Part shown: piece after piece, positions 29,347 through 37,301 of the stretch
Position numbering within the stretch: position 1 is the stretch's first letter
Layout of the letters: each line of letters opens with the position of its first letter
Virus record (IMG/VR): IMGVR_UViG_3300005193_000001
Location: 124,001 to 188,000 of that record
DNA from: an uncultured virus (IMG/VR IMGVR_UViG_3300005193_000001)
Taxonomy: Duplodnaviria > Heunggongvirae > Uroviricota > Caudoviricetes
DNA: 64,000 bases
Reading direction: 5' to 3' (one strand)
Notes under the pieces: model-generated
Databases searched by the model: none
What the model was told of the DNA's origin: nothing
The model's input: the letters and a program-made list of their open reading frames with translations, nothing else
Translations under genes and position numbers: made by a program

Positions 29347-29946
29347 CTAATTGACGATGAAGTCGTCTCCGTTAACCGAAATCTGGCGGATGGACTTCAA
29401 CTTGTAGTCTCGCAGGATTACCGGGTCTTCGACACCCTGACGAGAACTTCCGCTGGAGGAATAAAGGTACTCCTCCATGTCTTCGCGGGGGATGACGTTG
29501 CCGTTGGGACCAATGTACTCGGTCTCCAGAACGTTCTCCACTTTAGCCTCCAGGTAGAAGCTACCCTTATGCTCGACCAATGGAGTGCCTTCAACGCGCT
29601 CTCCCCACTGGCGGGGCTCAGGCTCGAACGGCTCGTGGTCTTCACCGTTCTCACGCTCTCGCTGGTAATTGACGGAGTTACCGTAATTAAAGTTAATCGT
29701 CACGTTAACCCGGCTCCGCTTCGTTACCAAGCAGTTCCCATCGTCGTCGTGAAACTCGTTGTAAGGAGTGCCACGACCATCCTCTGTCTTGCGCATCCGA
29801 GGCGTAGTTTCCGCCGTGAATGTAGCAAATGCGGCACGACGAGGAAGGTTTGCCAACATCTCCTTCAAGCCGTCCTGCGTGAGAACGTTAATGTCGGAGA
29901 TTTTGGTCTCGGAATCGAATGCAGCCTCTCGGATAGAAGATCGCAT
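29347..29946 (-). CDS. hypothetical protein
   Basis: 199-aa ORF preceded by the repeated promoter motif. Confidence 0.7.
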   Translation of the reverse strand: MRSSIREAAFDSETKISDINVLTQDGLKEMLANLPRRAAFATFTAETTPRMRKTEDGRGTPYNEFHDDDGNCLVTKRSRVNVTINFNYGNSVNYQRERENGEDHEPFEPEPRQWGERVEGTPLVEHKGSFYLEAKVENVLETEYIGPNGNVIPREDMEEYLYSSSGSSRQGVEDPVILRDYKLKSIRQISVNGDDFIVN

Positions 29947-30009
29947 GGCGTAAGGTGGTGGTTGATGAAAAAGTAGCTGCTGTCTCCTTCCTTCTGTTGC
30001 GGTAATTTA

Positions 30010-30034
30010 AACACGCGTGAGCATGTTGCGTTCC
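30010..30034 (-). promoter_or_regulatory. promoter motif GGAAC-N16-TGTT
   Basis: Intergenic copy of the repeated motif. Confidence 0.6.
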
Positions 30035-30055
30035 TGAACGCGTGTGAAGACTCTG

Positions 30056-30406
30056 TTAAAGCCCTGTGAACTCCTCAGTCAAAAGATCGGAAATCTCGTT
30101 TCCATCAACCACAATTTCTACAAGCCAACGACCGTACTTGCCCGTGTCGTCGTTCTTGTAAGTCCTAACCAAAATCTGGTCGGCCTCCGAAATTTTGCTC
30201 TTGACAAATTCCATGTGAGCCACGCCCCTCTCGTACTCGTCGCTGCCTTCCTCGACGTTATGAATCTCTGCGGTATCGACACCGAGAAGACGGGCTCTAA
30301 TATACCTCTTCGTCCTGAACCCAAGGTCCAGAAGAAGATCGAAGGTATCCCCGTCTACAACATTCTGGACTTGGGCTTTATAGGTGTAAGGGTGCATATC
30401 GCTCAT
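30056..30406 (-). CDS. thermonuclease (SNase-like)
   Basis: VVDGDT...RLLGVDTAE...GKYGRWL. Confidence 0.88.
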   Translation of the reverse strand: MSDMHPYTYKAQVQNVVDGDTFDLLLDLGFRTKRYIRARLLGVDTAEIHNVEEGSDEYERGVAHMEFVKSKISEADQILVRTYKNDDTGKYGRWLVEIVVDGNEISDLLTEEFTGL

Positions 30407-30418
30407 AAAGAAGTAAAG

Positions 30419-30775
30419 TTAAATCGAGTTCCTAAGACCCGAAAGAATTGAATCTACGTAGTCTTCGATGCAAAAGTATCTGGGCTCGTCGTTCACGTGA
30501 ACAAGCTCCTTCATTTCATCCGAAGAGAAGTCAATAGTTTTCACGGCATCTTCGCCATAGTCTTTGACGGCCTTTACCACGTTTCTTCCATTCAGGCTCA
30601 GAGAGCACATGATACTGTTTTCGGCGCTGTACTGGACCATGACAAAGACTTCGAGCCACAGGTTATCGGCAAGCTTTTTCTTGAAGGTAACTCTGGGCTT
30701 CGCGTGATTTTCAGTTACGTGATCAAAATCCAGTTCCGTTTCAACATCGAAGTACTTGGTTTCGTAGCAGTTCAT
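30419..30775 (-). CDS. hypothetical protein
   Basis: ORF in a tightly packed run. Confidence 0.55.
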   Translation of the reverse strand: MNCYETKYFDVETELDFDHVTENHAKPRVTFKKKLADNLWLEVFVMVQYSAENSIMCSLSLNGRNVVKAVKDYGEDAVKTIDFSSDEMKELVHVNDEPRYFCIEDYVDSILSGLRNSI

Positions 30776-31236
30776 TTAATATAAACGTCAATGACAAATT
30801 GTTCGAATTTTTCAGACATGAAGTCACGGACAAAATCTTCATCGAAACTGTCGTTCCAAACTTCAACCATCACATAGTTGTGATGAGAAGAGGTGGTCTG
30901 AAGTCTGTTCTTGAGATCGTCGGAATTTCGAATGGAAACGAGACCGATCTCTTCCGAGTAAATGATATCTGAGGGATCGTCGGGCAACTCCTCGTTATAA
31001 AGAGACTCTTCGGTTTCACGATGAAATACAGCCGCAGAAGAACCATAAGCAGAAAGGTTGCCATCGCTACTTTCAGATATAGCTCTGAAAACTGCTTCTT
31101 TGTGAGCAGACTTGGGACTGGCGACTTTCTTACCATCGATGTAGATGGCATGGCTCTCTTCGGCATGAACGTGCAGAACTTCAATTCCAGAGCCTTCAAA
31201 GGTGAAGGTAGGCTCGAACGGAAGATCTTCAAACAT
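30772..31236 (-). CDS. hypothetical protein
   Basis: Likely start MFEDLP. Confidence 0.55.
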   Translation of the reverse strand: MFEDLPFEPTFTFEGSGIEVLHVHAEESHAIYIDGKKVASPKSAHKEAVFRAISESSDGNLSAYGSSAAVFHRETEESLYNEELPDDPSDIIYSEEIGLVSIRNSDDLKNRLQTTSSHHNYVMVEVWNDSFDEDFVRDFMSEKFEQFVIDVYIK

Positions 31237-31546
31237 CGAATTCATCAAATTTTTTATAAAGATCGTCGTCGATTTCTTCTCCAAACACTTCTACCAAATA
31301 CTCTTCTTGGGTCATGGGCTCTATACGTCTGTAGTCTAAAGTGGACTTCCAAAGTTCTTGCACCGTGTCTCCGCTGGCCACCAAGGTCTCTTTCAGGTAC
31401 TCGAAGTCCACCTCTTTGTCCGGGCCTTCTCTTCTCTTATCGACCCACTGTCCGGGACCGTCCTCGGTGGAAACTTCGTTCCCAACGAGAGCAAACATGG
31501 TATCGAAGAAACGAGAGATACGAATCTCGTCGGCGTCGGGAAACAA
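31229..31546 (-). CDS. hypothetical protein
   Basis: Acidic ORF. Confidence 0.5.
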   Translation of the reverse strand: MFPDADEIRISRFFDTMFALVGNEVSTEDGPGQWVDKRREGPDKEVDFEYLKETLVASGDTVQELWKSTLDYRRIEPMTQEEYLVEVFGEEIDDDLYKKFDEFDV

Positions 31547-31584
31547 ATGGTGAAGCCTTCATAAAGCTTTCTTTTCTTGATCCA

Positions 31585-31791
31585 TTACAGTTCTTCTATG
31601 TTTCCACATTTTTGGCACTCGGCCACTTTGATGTAGTTTAGCCAAGCAAGCCCGAGAGTGAAAACAGACATAACTTTCTTCTCCGTCGTTACCTTACGAG
31701 TTGGTCCGGGATTCGGATGATTGTCGTAAAGGTAAACGTCGTGGAGAACTTCGCCTTGACATTTCTTACAATACCTTCTTTCAGAATCCAT
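31585..31791 (-). CDS. small zinc-ribbon protein
   Basis: CKKC...hydrophobic stretch...CQKCG. Confidence 0.55.
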   Translation of the reverse strand: MDSERRYCKKCQGEVLHDVYLYDNHPNPGPTRKVTTEKKVMSVFTLGLAWLNYIKVAECQKCGNIEEL

Positions 31792-31795
31792 CGGT

Positions 31796-32002
31796 CTATT
31801 CCGTCTGTTGCATTCTAGATTCTCCACAATAAGGACAGTACCGAAAAGGTGGACCTTCGTATTCAGGAAATCCAGAGTGCATCGTGGCAAGATTCATAAT
31901 GCCGCCGATTATAGAAACGTGTTCCATCCAATCGTTGCAGCACTCGTATTCAGGGTCTTTTAGCCCTTCCACCTTCTTATAAGACTCGTCGTCTTCACTC
32001 AT
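31796..32002 (-). CDS. small Cys-rich protein
   Basis: CC...FRYCPYCG. Confidence 0.55.
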   Translation of the reverse strand: MSEDDESYKKVEGLKDPEYECCNDWMEHVSIIGGIMNLATMHSGFPEYEGPPFRYCPYCGESRMQQTE

Positions 32003-32023
32003 AAGAACTTTGTCTTTTATTAG

Positions 32024-32125
32024 TCGTGTGGGCGGGACTCGAACCCGCGTTTCCGTGTGATCTCGGATTTGAACCAAGCCTCACCTCGACCTATCGGTCG
32101 GTGTTACCGGACGTTTTCCACACGA
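32024..32125 (-). ncRNA. tRNA-like RNA with two T-arms (copy A)
   Basis: Acceptor CGTGTGG/CCACACG-A; hairpin CGACC-GATA-GGTCG; CTTGG-TTCAAAT-CCGAG; GCGGG-TTCGAGT-CCCGC. Confidence 0.7.
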
Positions 32126-32129
32126 TTGG

Positions 32130-32545
32130 TTGTGTTTGCTCGCCGCAAACGGCCCTTCCAGCTTGCTCTGTACCGCTGATCAGACGGTAGGGGGCGCACC
32201 TTCAAAGTCGCTCACGGTGGTAGGCCACAACGGGCCAGCCGAGTGGGGCAGAGTCGAACTGGACCTCGCAAGTGCCAGCCGTGAAGCCAAGACACTCGCC
32301 CATCCACCCGGCTATTGCTTTTTTGGTGTCGGAAGCTATTCAAGGTATCGTTCGCCCTTCATGTTCTTCCGGAGAACGCAGTGATCGCTTTCAACGCAGC
32401 ACGCCGTCACGCTTTTTATCGCAGCGTGTTTACGGAATCGAACCGTCCAGTCCCGCTTCTCGTGGGTTCAAAGTTATGCGGATTCTGACCACTCTTGGCG
32501 GAGACCTGTCCCTGCTTTCGAGCCTGTCCCTTACTCGGCCCTAGC
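32130..32545 (-). ncRNA. candidate large structured ncRNA (or cluster of ncRNAs)
   Basis: About 415 nt without an acidic ORF; T-arm ACGG-TTCGATT-CCGT at 32432-32446; closed domain AGCCGGGTGG/CCACTCGGCT with T-loop at 32237-32313. Confidence 0.55.
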
Positions 32546-32643
32546 GTTTCCATATTTTAGTCTTTCGTGTTCCCCTTTGATCTTTCGATAAAGTTTCGAC
32601 CCATCCATGGCTTTCTCGTCTGTCAATCAAATGTTGGGGCCTA

Positions 32644-32958
32644 TTAACTGCTCGAATCTTGAAGTTGTTCCGAAGAAACTCGATCTTCATCTGGATTTAA
32701 TCTGGGCTTTGGCACCATGCCGTAGGCTACTGGAAAAATGACGAACATAAGATAAACCATCCAGAACCAAATGTTGGTAATTTGAAGAGCGGTAGTTGCA
32801 TCCAGGATCATGGTAAAGGAGAGAATAGCTGCCGCGATTCGAAAATACTGCCTGTAGATCTTCGGCTTCTCGTTGCTCAGCCAGTGCAACAGGTAGGTGG
32901 CACCCGCAAACACGGCTATAACCGCAAAAAGTATGAGAAGCGCTACGGGAGTGCTCAT
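32644..32958 (-). CDS. membrane protein
   Basis: Three hydrophobic helices. Confidence 0.65.
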   Translation of the reverse strand: MSTPVALLILFAVIAVFAGATYLLHWLSNEKPKIYRQYFRIAAAILSFTMILDATTALQITNIWFWMVYLMFVIFPVAYGMVPKPRLNPDEDRVSSEQLQDSSS

Positions 32959-33308
32959 TGATCTTGGATTCTTTCAGTGTACAAGTCCACGAACAGGTCC
33001 GTCATTTCGGCTTCCCTATCAAGGGCAGAAGCGTCCCAATCTTCCGTCTCTTTCTTGAGATATATCATGCTCTCGTGGAGAGATTCAACCACGTCTGCAC
33101 CATCCACGTCGCCTTCGATCTCGTCGTGAATCCTGCGGATGGCCGGAAGCGACATACCAGCCGCGTCTCCGCCAATTTCTACTCCTATACCATTAAGATA
33201 TGCGATATGCTGGTAGGCAGATTCCAAAGACTCCGCCAAAGATTCGACGTTTTCGGCGTCGTCAAGAAGACCAGAGTGTACCCACTTCTCGGTAAGAGAC
33301 GAGGACAT
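32955..33308 (-). CDS. hypothetical protein (N-terminus reminiscent of gp23-type capsid proteins)
   Basis: LTEKWVHSGLLD...SLPAIRRI. Confidence 0.55.
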   Translation of the reverse strand: MSSSLTEKWVHSGLLDDAENVESLAESLESAYQHIAYLNGIGVEIGGDAAGMSLPAIRRIHDEIEGDVDGADVVESLHESMIYLKKETEDWDASALDREAEMTDLFVDLYTERIQDQ

Positions 33309-33337
33309 ATATAACTAGTATTTGAAGTGACAATGCG

Positions 33338-33398
33338 CTGATCCTACGGAGTCGAACCGCTTCTCACTGCGCAAGTGAAACGGGCCAAAGACGGACCA
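33338..33398 (-). pseudogene. D-armless tRNA-like element, anticodon-loop triplet GCG
   Basis: TGGTCC/GGATCA acceptor, TTCAC-TTGCGCA-GTGAG arm, GCGG-TTCGACT-CCGT T-arm, no D-arm. Confidence 0.5.
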
Positions 33399-33402
33399 AT
33401 TG

Positions 33403-33475
33403 TTGCAGGGAGGGGACTCGAACCCCCAACATGTGGGACATGAATCCACCGTTCTGCCGATTGAACTACCCTGCA
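33403..33475 (-). tRNA. tRNA-Met (CAT)
   Basis: Cloverleaf; anticodon loop TTCATGT. Confidence 0.85.
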
Positions 33476-33486
33476 ATATAACTTTG

Positions 33487-33579
33487 AAACTCGTTGAATT
33501 TCTCCTCCACGAACCCAGAGTCATGACCTCCCATATCTTTCATACGAGTTCTCGCTCTGCCAAACTGAGCTACGGAGCA
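33487..33579 (-). pseudogene. tRNA 5' half (acceptor strand + D-arm) fused to a non-tRNA stem-loop
   Basis: TGCTCCGTAGCTCAGTTTGGCAGAGC followed by a GAACTCGT/ACGAGTTT stem; no intact T-arm or 3' acceptor strand. Confidence 0.5.
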
Positions 33580-33589
33580 TTGTTGAAAG

Positions 33590-33835
33590 TCAATCATCGA
33601 GCTTTTCGAGCGAACCTTCCGGTGGCGTGTTAGGAACTTTGTAGGGATCGTGAGGAGTGGGCTCGGTGTTTCCGTTCAGAGCTTCCTCTAACTTCCTGTC
33701 CCTAATTTCATCCATCTGCTTCCAAGTCAATCGTTGAGTTTCTACACCGAATTCATGAAGCTCGCCATCAACGTAGATGCCCCAACGATAACGATCTCGA
33801 ATGAACCTGCTCCAGACCTTAACGCTTTCCATCAA
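33590..33835 (-). CDS. hypothetical protein
   Basis: ORF coupled to the upstream gene. Confidence 0.5.
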   Translation of the reverse strand: MMESVKVWSRFIRDRYRWGIYVDGELHEFGVETQRLTWKQMDEIRDRKLEEALNGNTEPTPHDPYKVPNTPPEGSLEKLDD

Positions 33836-34155
33836 TCGAGAGAGAACGTGTCAACTTTACGATCTCGCACCTCTTTCGCCCTATCTTCTATGTTGTCCTT
33901 CTTGTCTTCAAAGTCTTTGAAGGCCGGGAACTTGTGCTGCCTACTTGGAACGTGTACTTCTCTTCCATCCAGGAAGAACCCGACGCCATCTTCCCAATCT
34001 CCTCCGATTCTGCCATAGAAAACGGGCTCGTCGTCTATGACATATGAAACGACAGCGGTACAATTTTCCGTTCCCTCTACATGACCCGAAAGTTCTTCGG
34101 ACCACCTGAGATCGGTTCTGGTCTCCCTGTCAAAATTACGATCATGTTCAAACAT
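33832..34155 (-). CDS. hypothetical protein
   Basis: Likely start MFEHDR just after tRNA-Ile. Confidence 0.55.
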   Translation of the reverse strand: MFEHDRNFDRETRTDLRWSEELSGHVEGTENCTAVVSYVIDDEPVFYGRIGGDWEDGVGFFLDGREVHVPSRQHKFPAFKDFEDKKDNIEDRAKEVRDRKVDTFSLD

Positions 34156-34158
34156 AAG

Positions 34159-34232
<74 letters not shown>

Positions 34233-34240
34233 GGATCGAG

Positions 34241-34585
34241 CTAAACTTGGGGCCTATCGTTGTTCTCGATAAAGTGCTTAAACAATCTTCTACCCGCTCT
34301 TTCAGGATTATCGATAGGAACCTCAACGGTGTCGAAGTAATCTCCGTATCTCTCCACTTCAACGTGCATCATGTTCCGAAAAGTGTTAGCGTTATCCGGG
34401 TTCATAACGTTATAGGCGAAGCCTCCATCCATGTAGACCTTGTATCCTTCCGAGAGCTTGTGTTCGACCACGTCTTTAATGTCCTGACCACCGAAGCTAT
34501 CCATTTCTTCGGTAACTTGCTTGGCGTAGTCAATTCCGGTCACTTCAAAGATCATTCTTCTAACCGCTTCTCTCAAATCATTCAT
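34241..34585 (-). CDS. hypothetical protein
   Basis: 114-aa acidic ORF. Confidence 0.6.
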   Translation of the reverse strand: MNDLREAVRRMIFEVTGIDYAKQVTEEMDSFGGQDIKDVVEHKLSEGYKVYMDGGFAYNVMNPDNANTFRNMMHVEVERYGDYFDTVEVPIDNPERAGRRLFKHFIENNDRPQV

Positions 34586-34635
34586 CGAAATCGCTCTGAT
34601 TTAAAGGCCCAATCTTCTAAGGTCAAATAACAGTT

Positions 34636-34729
34636 GTGGGCGATCAGAGATTCGAACTCCGTTAACCAAATTGATGGATTCGAACCATCGTTCACGGTAG
34701 CGAGCCGTGTTCCCAGGATTATCGCCCAT
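34636..34729 (-). ncRNA. tRNA-like RNA with two T-arms (copy B)
   Basis: Acceptor GGGCGAT/ATCGCCC-A; hairpin CACGG-CTCGCTA-CCGTG; GATGG-TTCGAAT-CCATC; CGGAG-TTCGAAT-CTCTG. Confidence 0.75.
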
Positions 34730-34836
34730 ATCTCACGCCTTGTTAAAGAGGGCGTGAGCAAACTCTTGGGCCGCTCTCGATGGAGAGCAAAAGGTCCACC
34801 ACCTCGTTTTTGTAGAAGAACGAGGAAACCTAACTG

Positions 34837-34910
34837 CACCCCCGACGAGATCCGAACTCGCGACCTCTTCCGTGACAGGGAAGCATCCTAGACCACTAGA
34901 CCACGGGGGT
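34837..34910 (-). tRNA. tRNA-Asp (GTC)
   Basis: Cloverleaf; CTTCC-CTGTCAC-GGAAG; G73. Confidence 0.92.
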
Positions 34911-34919
34911 ATAATTATG

Positions 34920-34992
34920 CTCCCCGGAGTGGACTCGAACCACTAACCGCCCGGTTAACAGCCGGGTGCTCTGCCGATTGAGCTACCGAGGA
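34920..34992 (-). tRNA. tRNA-Asn (GTT)
   Basis: Cloverleaf; CCCGG-CTGTTAA-CCGGG. Confidence 0.95.
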
Positions 34993-35186
34993 ATGAAGTT
35001 TTTAGAACCGCTTTCAAGACCCAAAAGCGGTGTGATAACCGCTACCAAATTTCGGTATTTCAATTGTTCTATTGGTCGAGGCAACGTGCTCCCCCGTAAA
35101 GGAAAAGCGCGAAACCACAAACCACGAGAGCGTCAAACAGCATCACGGTTTGCTTGGGTCTGAATGAGAAAGAAAGCGAAAAATAG

Positions 35187-35261
35187 CACGGACGGAAGGA
35201 TTTGAACCCTCGGCACGCGGGTTTGGAATCCGCTGCTCTGACCGACCTGAGCTACGTCCGT
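35187..35261 (-). tRNA. tRNA-Trp (CCA)
   Basis: Cloverleaf; loop TTCCAAA; G73. Confidence 0.92.
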
Positions 35262-35417
35262 ATGATTAGACCCGATTCCTTCTTCAAATGCTTCGTTTCG
35301 GGTCCTATCCAAGTGAAGCAGTCTTGGCGGTTCTAGTCGCAACTATACGCTGATATCGCCCACCTAAAGCTTCATCAACGCTCTGACCGTTGTTAGGGCA
35401 ACGATCAGCAACCTTCT

Positions 35418-35633
35418 TTACTGTTCGGGTTTTTCTATTTGTCCGATCATTTTCTGAAACACGTCAAGCCTTAGATTATCTTCTTCGGTAAGATCTTGAT
35501 TGTCTCCGTTTTTGAGATCTACGTCAGTTACCGAACCATTTTTAAACTTTACGAGGCAGCTATATTCGTGGACCTCGTTCTCTTCTGCTACTTTTGCTGT
35601 GGTAACTTTCCAAATAACGTTTGGACTTGCCAT
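35418..35633 (-). CDS. hypothetical protein
   Basis: 71-aa ORF. Confidence 0.5.
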   Translation of the reverse strand: MASPNVIWKVTTAKVAEENEVHEYSCLVKFKNGSVTDVDLKNGDNQDLTEEDNLRLDVFQKMIGQIEKPEQ

Positions 35634-35667
35634 CTTTTTACAAATTTATTAAAGGTAAATGTTGTTG

Positions 35668-35743
35668 TAGCGGGGGCAGGATTCGAACACTGCGTATGCG
35701 TGGATATGAGCCACGTCTGGAACCAGCCTCCAGTTACCCCGCA
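35668..35743 (-). tRNA. tRNA-Met (CAT), initiator-like
   Basis: TGCGGGG start with unpaired 1:72; CGTGG-CTCATAT-CCACG; one-base bulge in the T-stem. Confidence 0.75.
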
Positions 35744-35748
35744 ATATG

Positions 35749-36153
35749 TTAAACGATCTCTACTTTCGAAGACCTGTCAATGAAGTCGTAGAGATCAACG
35801 TCGTCTCTGATAGCTTTCCCCTCGGCGTCTTGCATCAACACCAAATCGGCTTCACTTTCCCAGACCACGTGTCCAGCCTTTTTCAACTCCTCTTCGGTCT
35901 CGAAGTAAAAGATCTTGCAAATGGGTTCCGAAACGATTCCCGCATGATAGCTATCGAGCTCCGGTCCCTCGTAGTTGATGCCGTTCTCCCGAAATTGCAA
36001 CCTCACATTGTCGGAATCGGGAATAGGAACTTGCAGGTGAAGCCAGTCGTCTTCGATGTAGTGTGGACAGCTGTACTCTACATCTTCGCTATCCTCTTCA
36101 CCGTTTCCGAAGAAGGACCAAATGAACCTCATCATACTCATAAAAGAAACCAT
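35749..36153 (-). CDS. hypothetical protein
   Basis: 134-aa acidic ORF. Confidence 0.55.
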   Translation of the reverse strand: MVSFMSMMRFIWSFFGNGEEDSEDVEYSCPHYIEDDWLHLQVPIPDSDNVRLQFRENGINYEGPELDSYHAGIVSEPICKIFYFETEEELKKAGHVVWESEADLVLMQDAEGKAIRDDVDLYDFIDRSSKVEIV

Positions 36154-36199
36154 TTTTTACAAAGAAACGGTGCTACATCGCTCTCACCTATAAGTATAA

Positions 36200-36347
36200 A
36201 GCGGATTTGAGGAAGCCTCCCGGCTTTCGCCGTCTTCGAAGTCTTGCAGGACCATTCCGTAGCCGGACACTAGTAATCCGTACTCGATCACACTCCTTCC
36301 GACGCTGGCCTTGCGCCTTCCGGAAGCTCACCGAGATTAGGTCCGCT
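36200..36347 (-). ncRNA. candidate structured ncRNA (about 150 nt)
   Basis: Terminal stem AGCGGA/TCCGCT, second stem GAGCTTCC/GGAGGCTT, internal hairpins CGGC-GAAA-GCCG and TCCG-GCTA-CGGA. Confidence 0.55.
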
Positions 36348-36357
36348 CCCTTTTGTG

Positions 36358-36460
36358 TGCTTCTGGTGGGATTTGAACCCACGGCCTCGGGGTCGAGCGC
36401 ACTCGGTCAAGGACCGATTCACGTAGTGCCCCGCGCTCTGCCGAACTGAGCTACAAAAGC
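36358..36460 (-). ncRNA. tRNA body with a 36-nt structured insert in place of the anticodon loop
   Basis: Intact acceptor, D and T arms; CGGGG/CCCCG stem encloses CACTACGTGAATCGGTCCTTGACCGAGTGCGCTCGA. Confidence 0.8.
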
Positions 36461-36479
36461 AAATTTCGCGTGTACCTTC

Positions 36480-36504
36480 AACGAAACCAACGCTTTCTGG
36501 TTTC
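36480..36504 (-). promoter_or_regulatory. promoter motif GAAAC-N16-CGTT
   Basis: 20 nt upstream of the anticodon-insert tRNA-like RNA; preceded by AAGCTTCAT. Confidence 0.65.
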
Positions 36505-36647
36505 ATGAAGCTTTCTTTAATTCTGAGGTCTGTTGAACACGAATCCAGCAATCCACCTGTTGTCGAACATAACATGTGGAAGCTTTTCCGCTGGACCACA
36601 GGTGTTATGAATTCTTACACAAATCTCGACGGCAAGCTCGTTTTGAT

Positions 36648-37295
36648 CTACCATTCAGAAGCAAGTGTTGGTCTGCCGTAGAATCCCGGCTTTCCATTGG
36701 AAATTACATCTTTAATCATCCTTCGGAAATCGACCTCCGTGGCGTCGTTGACGAAATCGGGCATCAATCCATCTAGATCAAGTTCGGACCTGTGGTACTC
36801 GGGACCGAAATTCATGAACGGAGAAAGAAGGCTCTTGAAAAGCGGACTCTTAGCTATGCGCTTTTTTACCGGATTAAGATCGGGGTGTCTGGAAGGTCTC
36901 TCTATGATGTAGACCTCCGCCCCAACGTGCTCCAGAGCAACAAGCTCTTCTTTGAATCTGACGTCGTCCACAACGAACTTGTCGCCGTCCGAATGGCTCA
37001 AACGTAGCAAAAGAGACTTGATCCAAAAAAGCTCTCCAAATTGTTCTCGAAAAAGCTCAGATCCTATTATTTGCATCGCTTCTCTGCGAGAGATATCCCA
37101 AAGGCTGTAAACCTCTTCCTTGTCGATACCCTCGGGAAACCGAAAGGTGGAATCAACTACCTCCTGAATGGGGTCTGCAATTGACACGGTCTCGTATTCC
37201 GAAAGAGCCTCAGCAGCGGTGCTCTTTCCTGCTTGCTTTTTCCCGGCAAATGCTATAATGTCTTTGTCAAGGGGTTTAGGTAAAATGTCGGACAT
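36648..37295 (-). CDS. deoxynucleoside monophosphate kinase
   Basis: GKKQAGKSTAA, ADPI, REAMQIIGSE..R, VVDDVRF..E, HRSE. Confidence 0.88.
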   Translation of the reverse strand: MSDILPKPLDKDIIAFAGKKQAGKSTAAEALSEYETVSIADPIQEVVDSTFRFPEGIDKEEVYSLWDISRREAMQIIGSELFREQFGELFWIKSLLLRLSHSDGDKFVVDDVRFKEELVALEHVGAEVYIIERPSRHPDLNPVKKRIAKSPLFKSLLSPFMNFGPEYHRSELDLDGLMPDFVNDATEVDFRRMIKDVISNGKPGFYGRPTLASEW

Positions 37296-37301
37296 ATTAC
37301 T

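Noticed and set aside
34731..34826. Three consecutive hairpins between tRNA-Asp and the double-T RNA as a separate ncRNA
   Set aside because: No closing stem or recognisable motif. It cannot be distinguished from a structured spacer.
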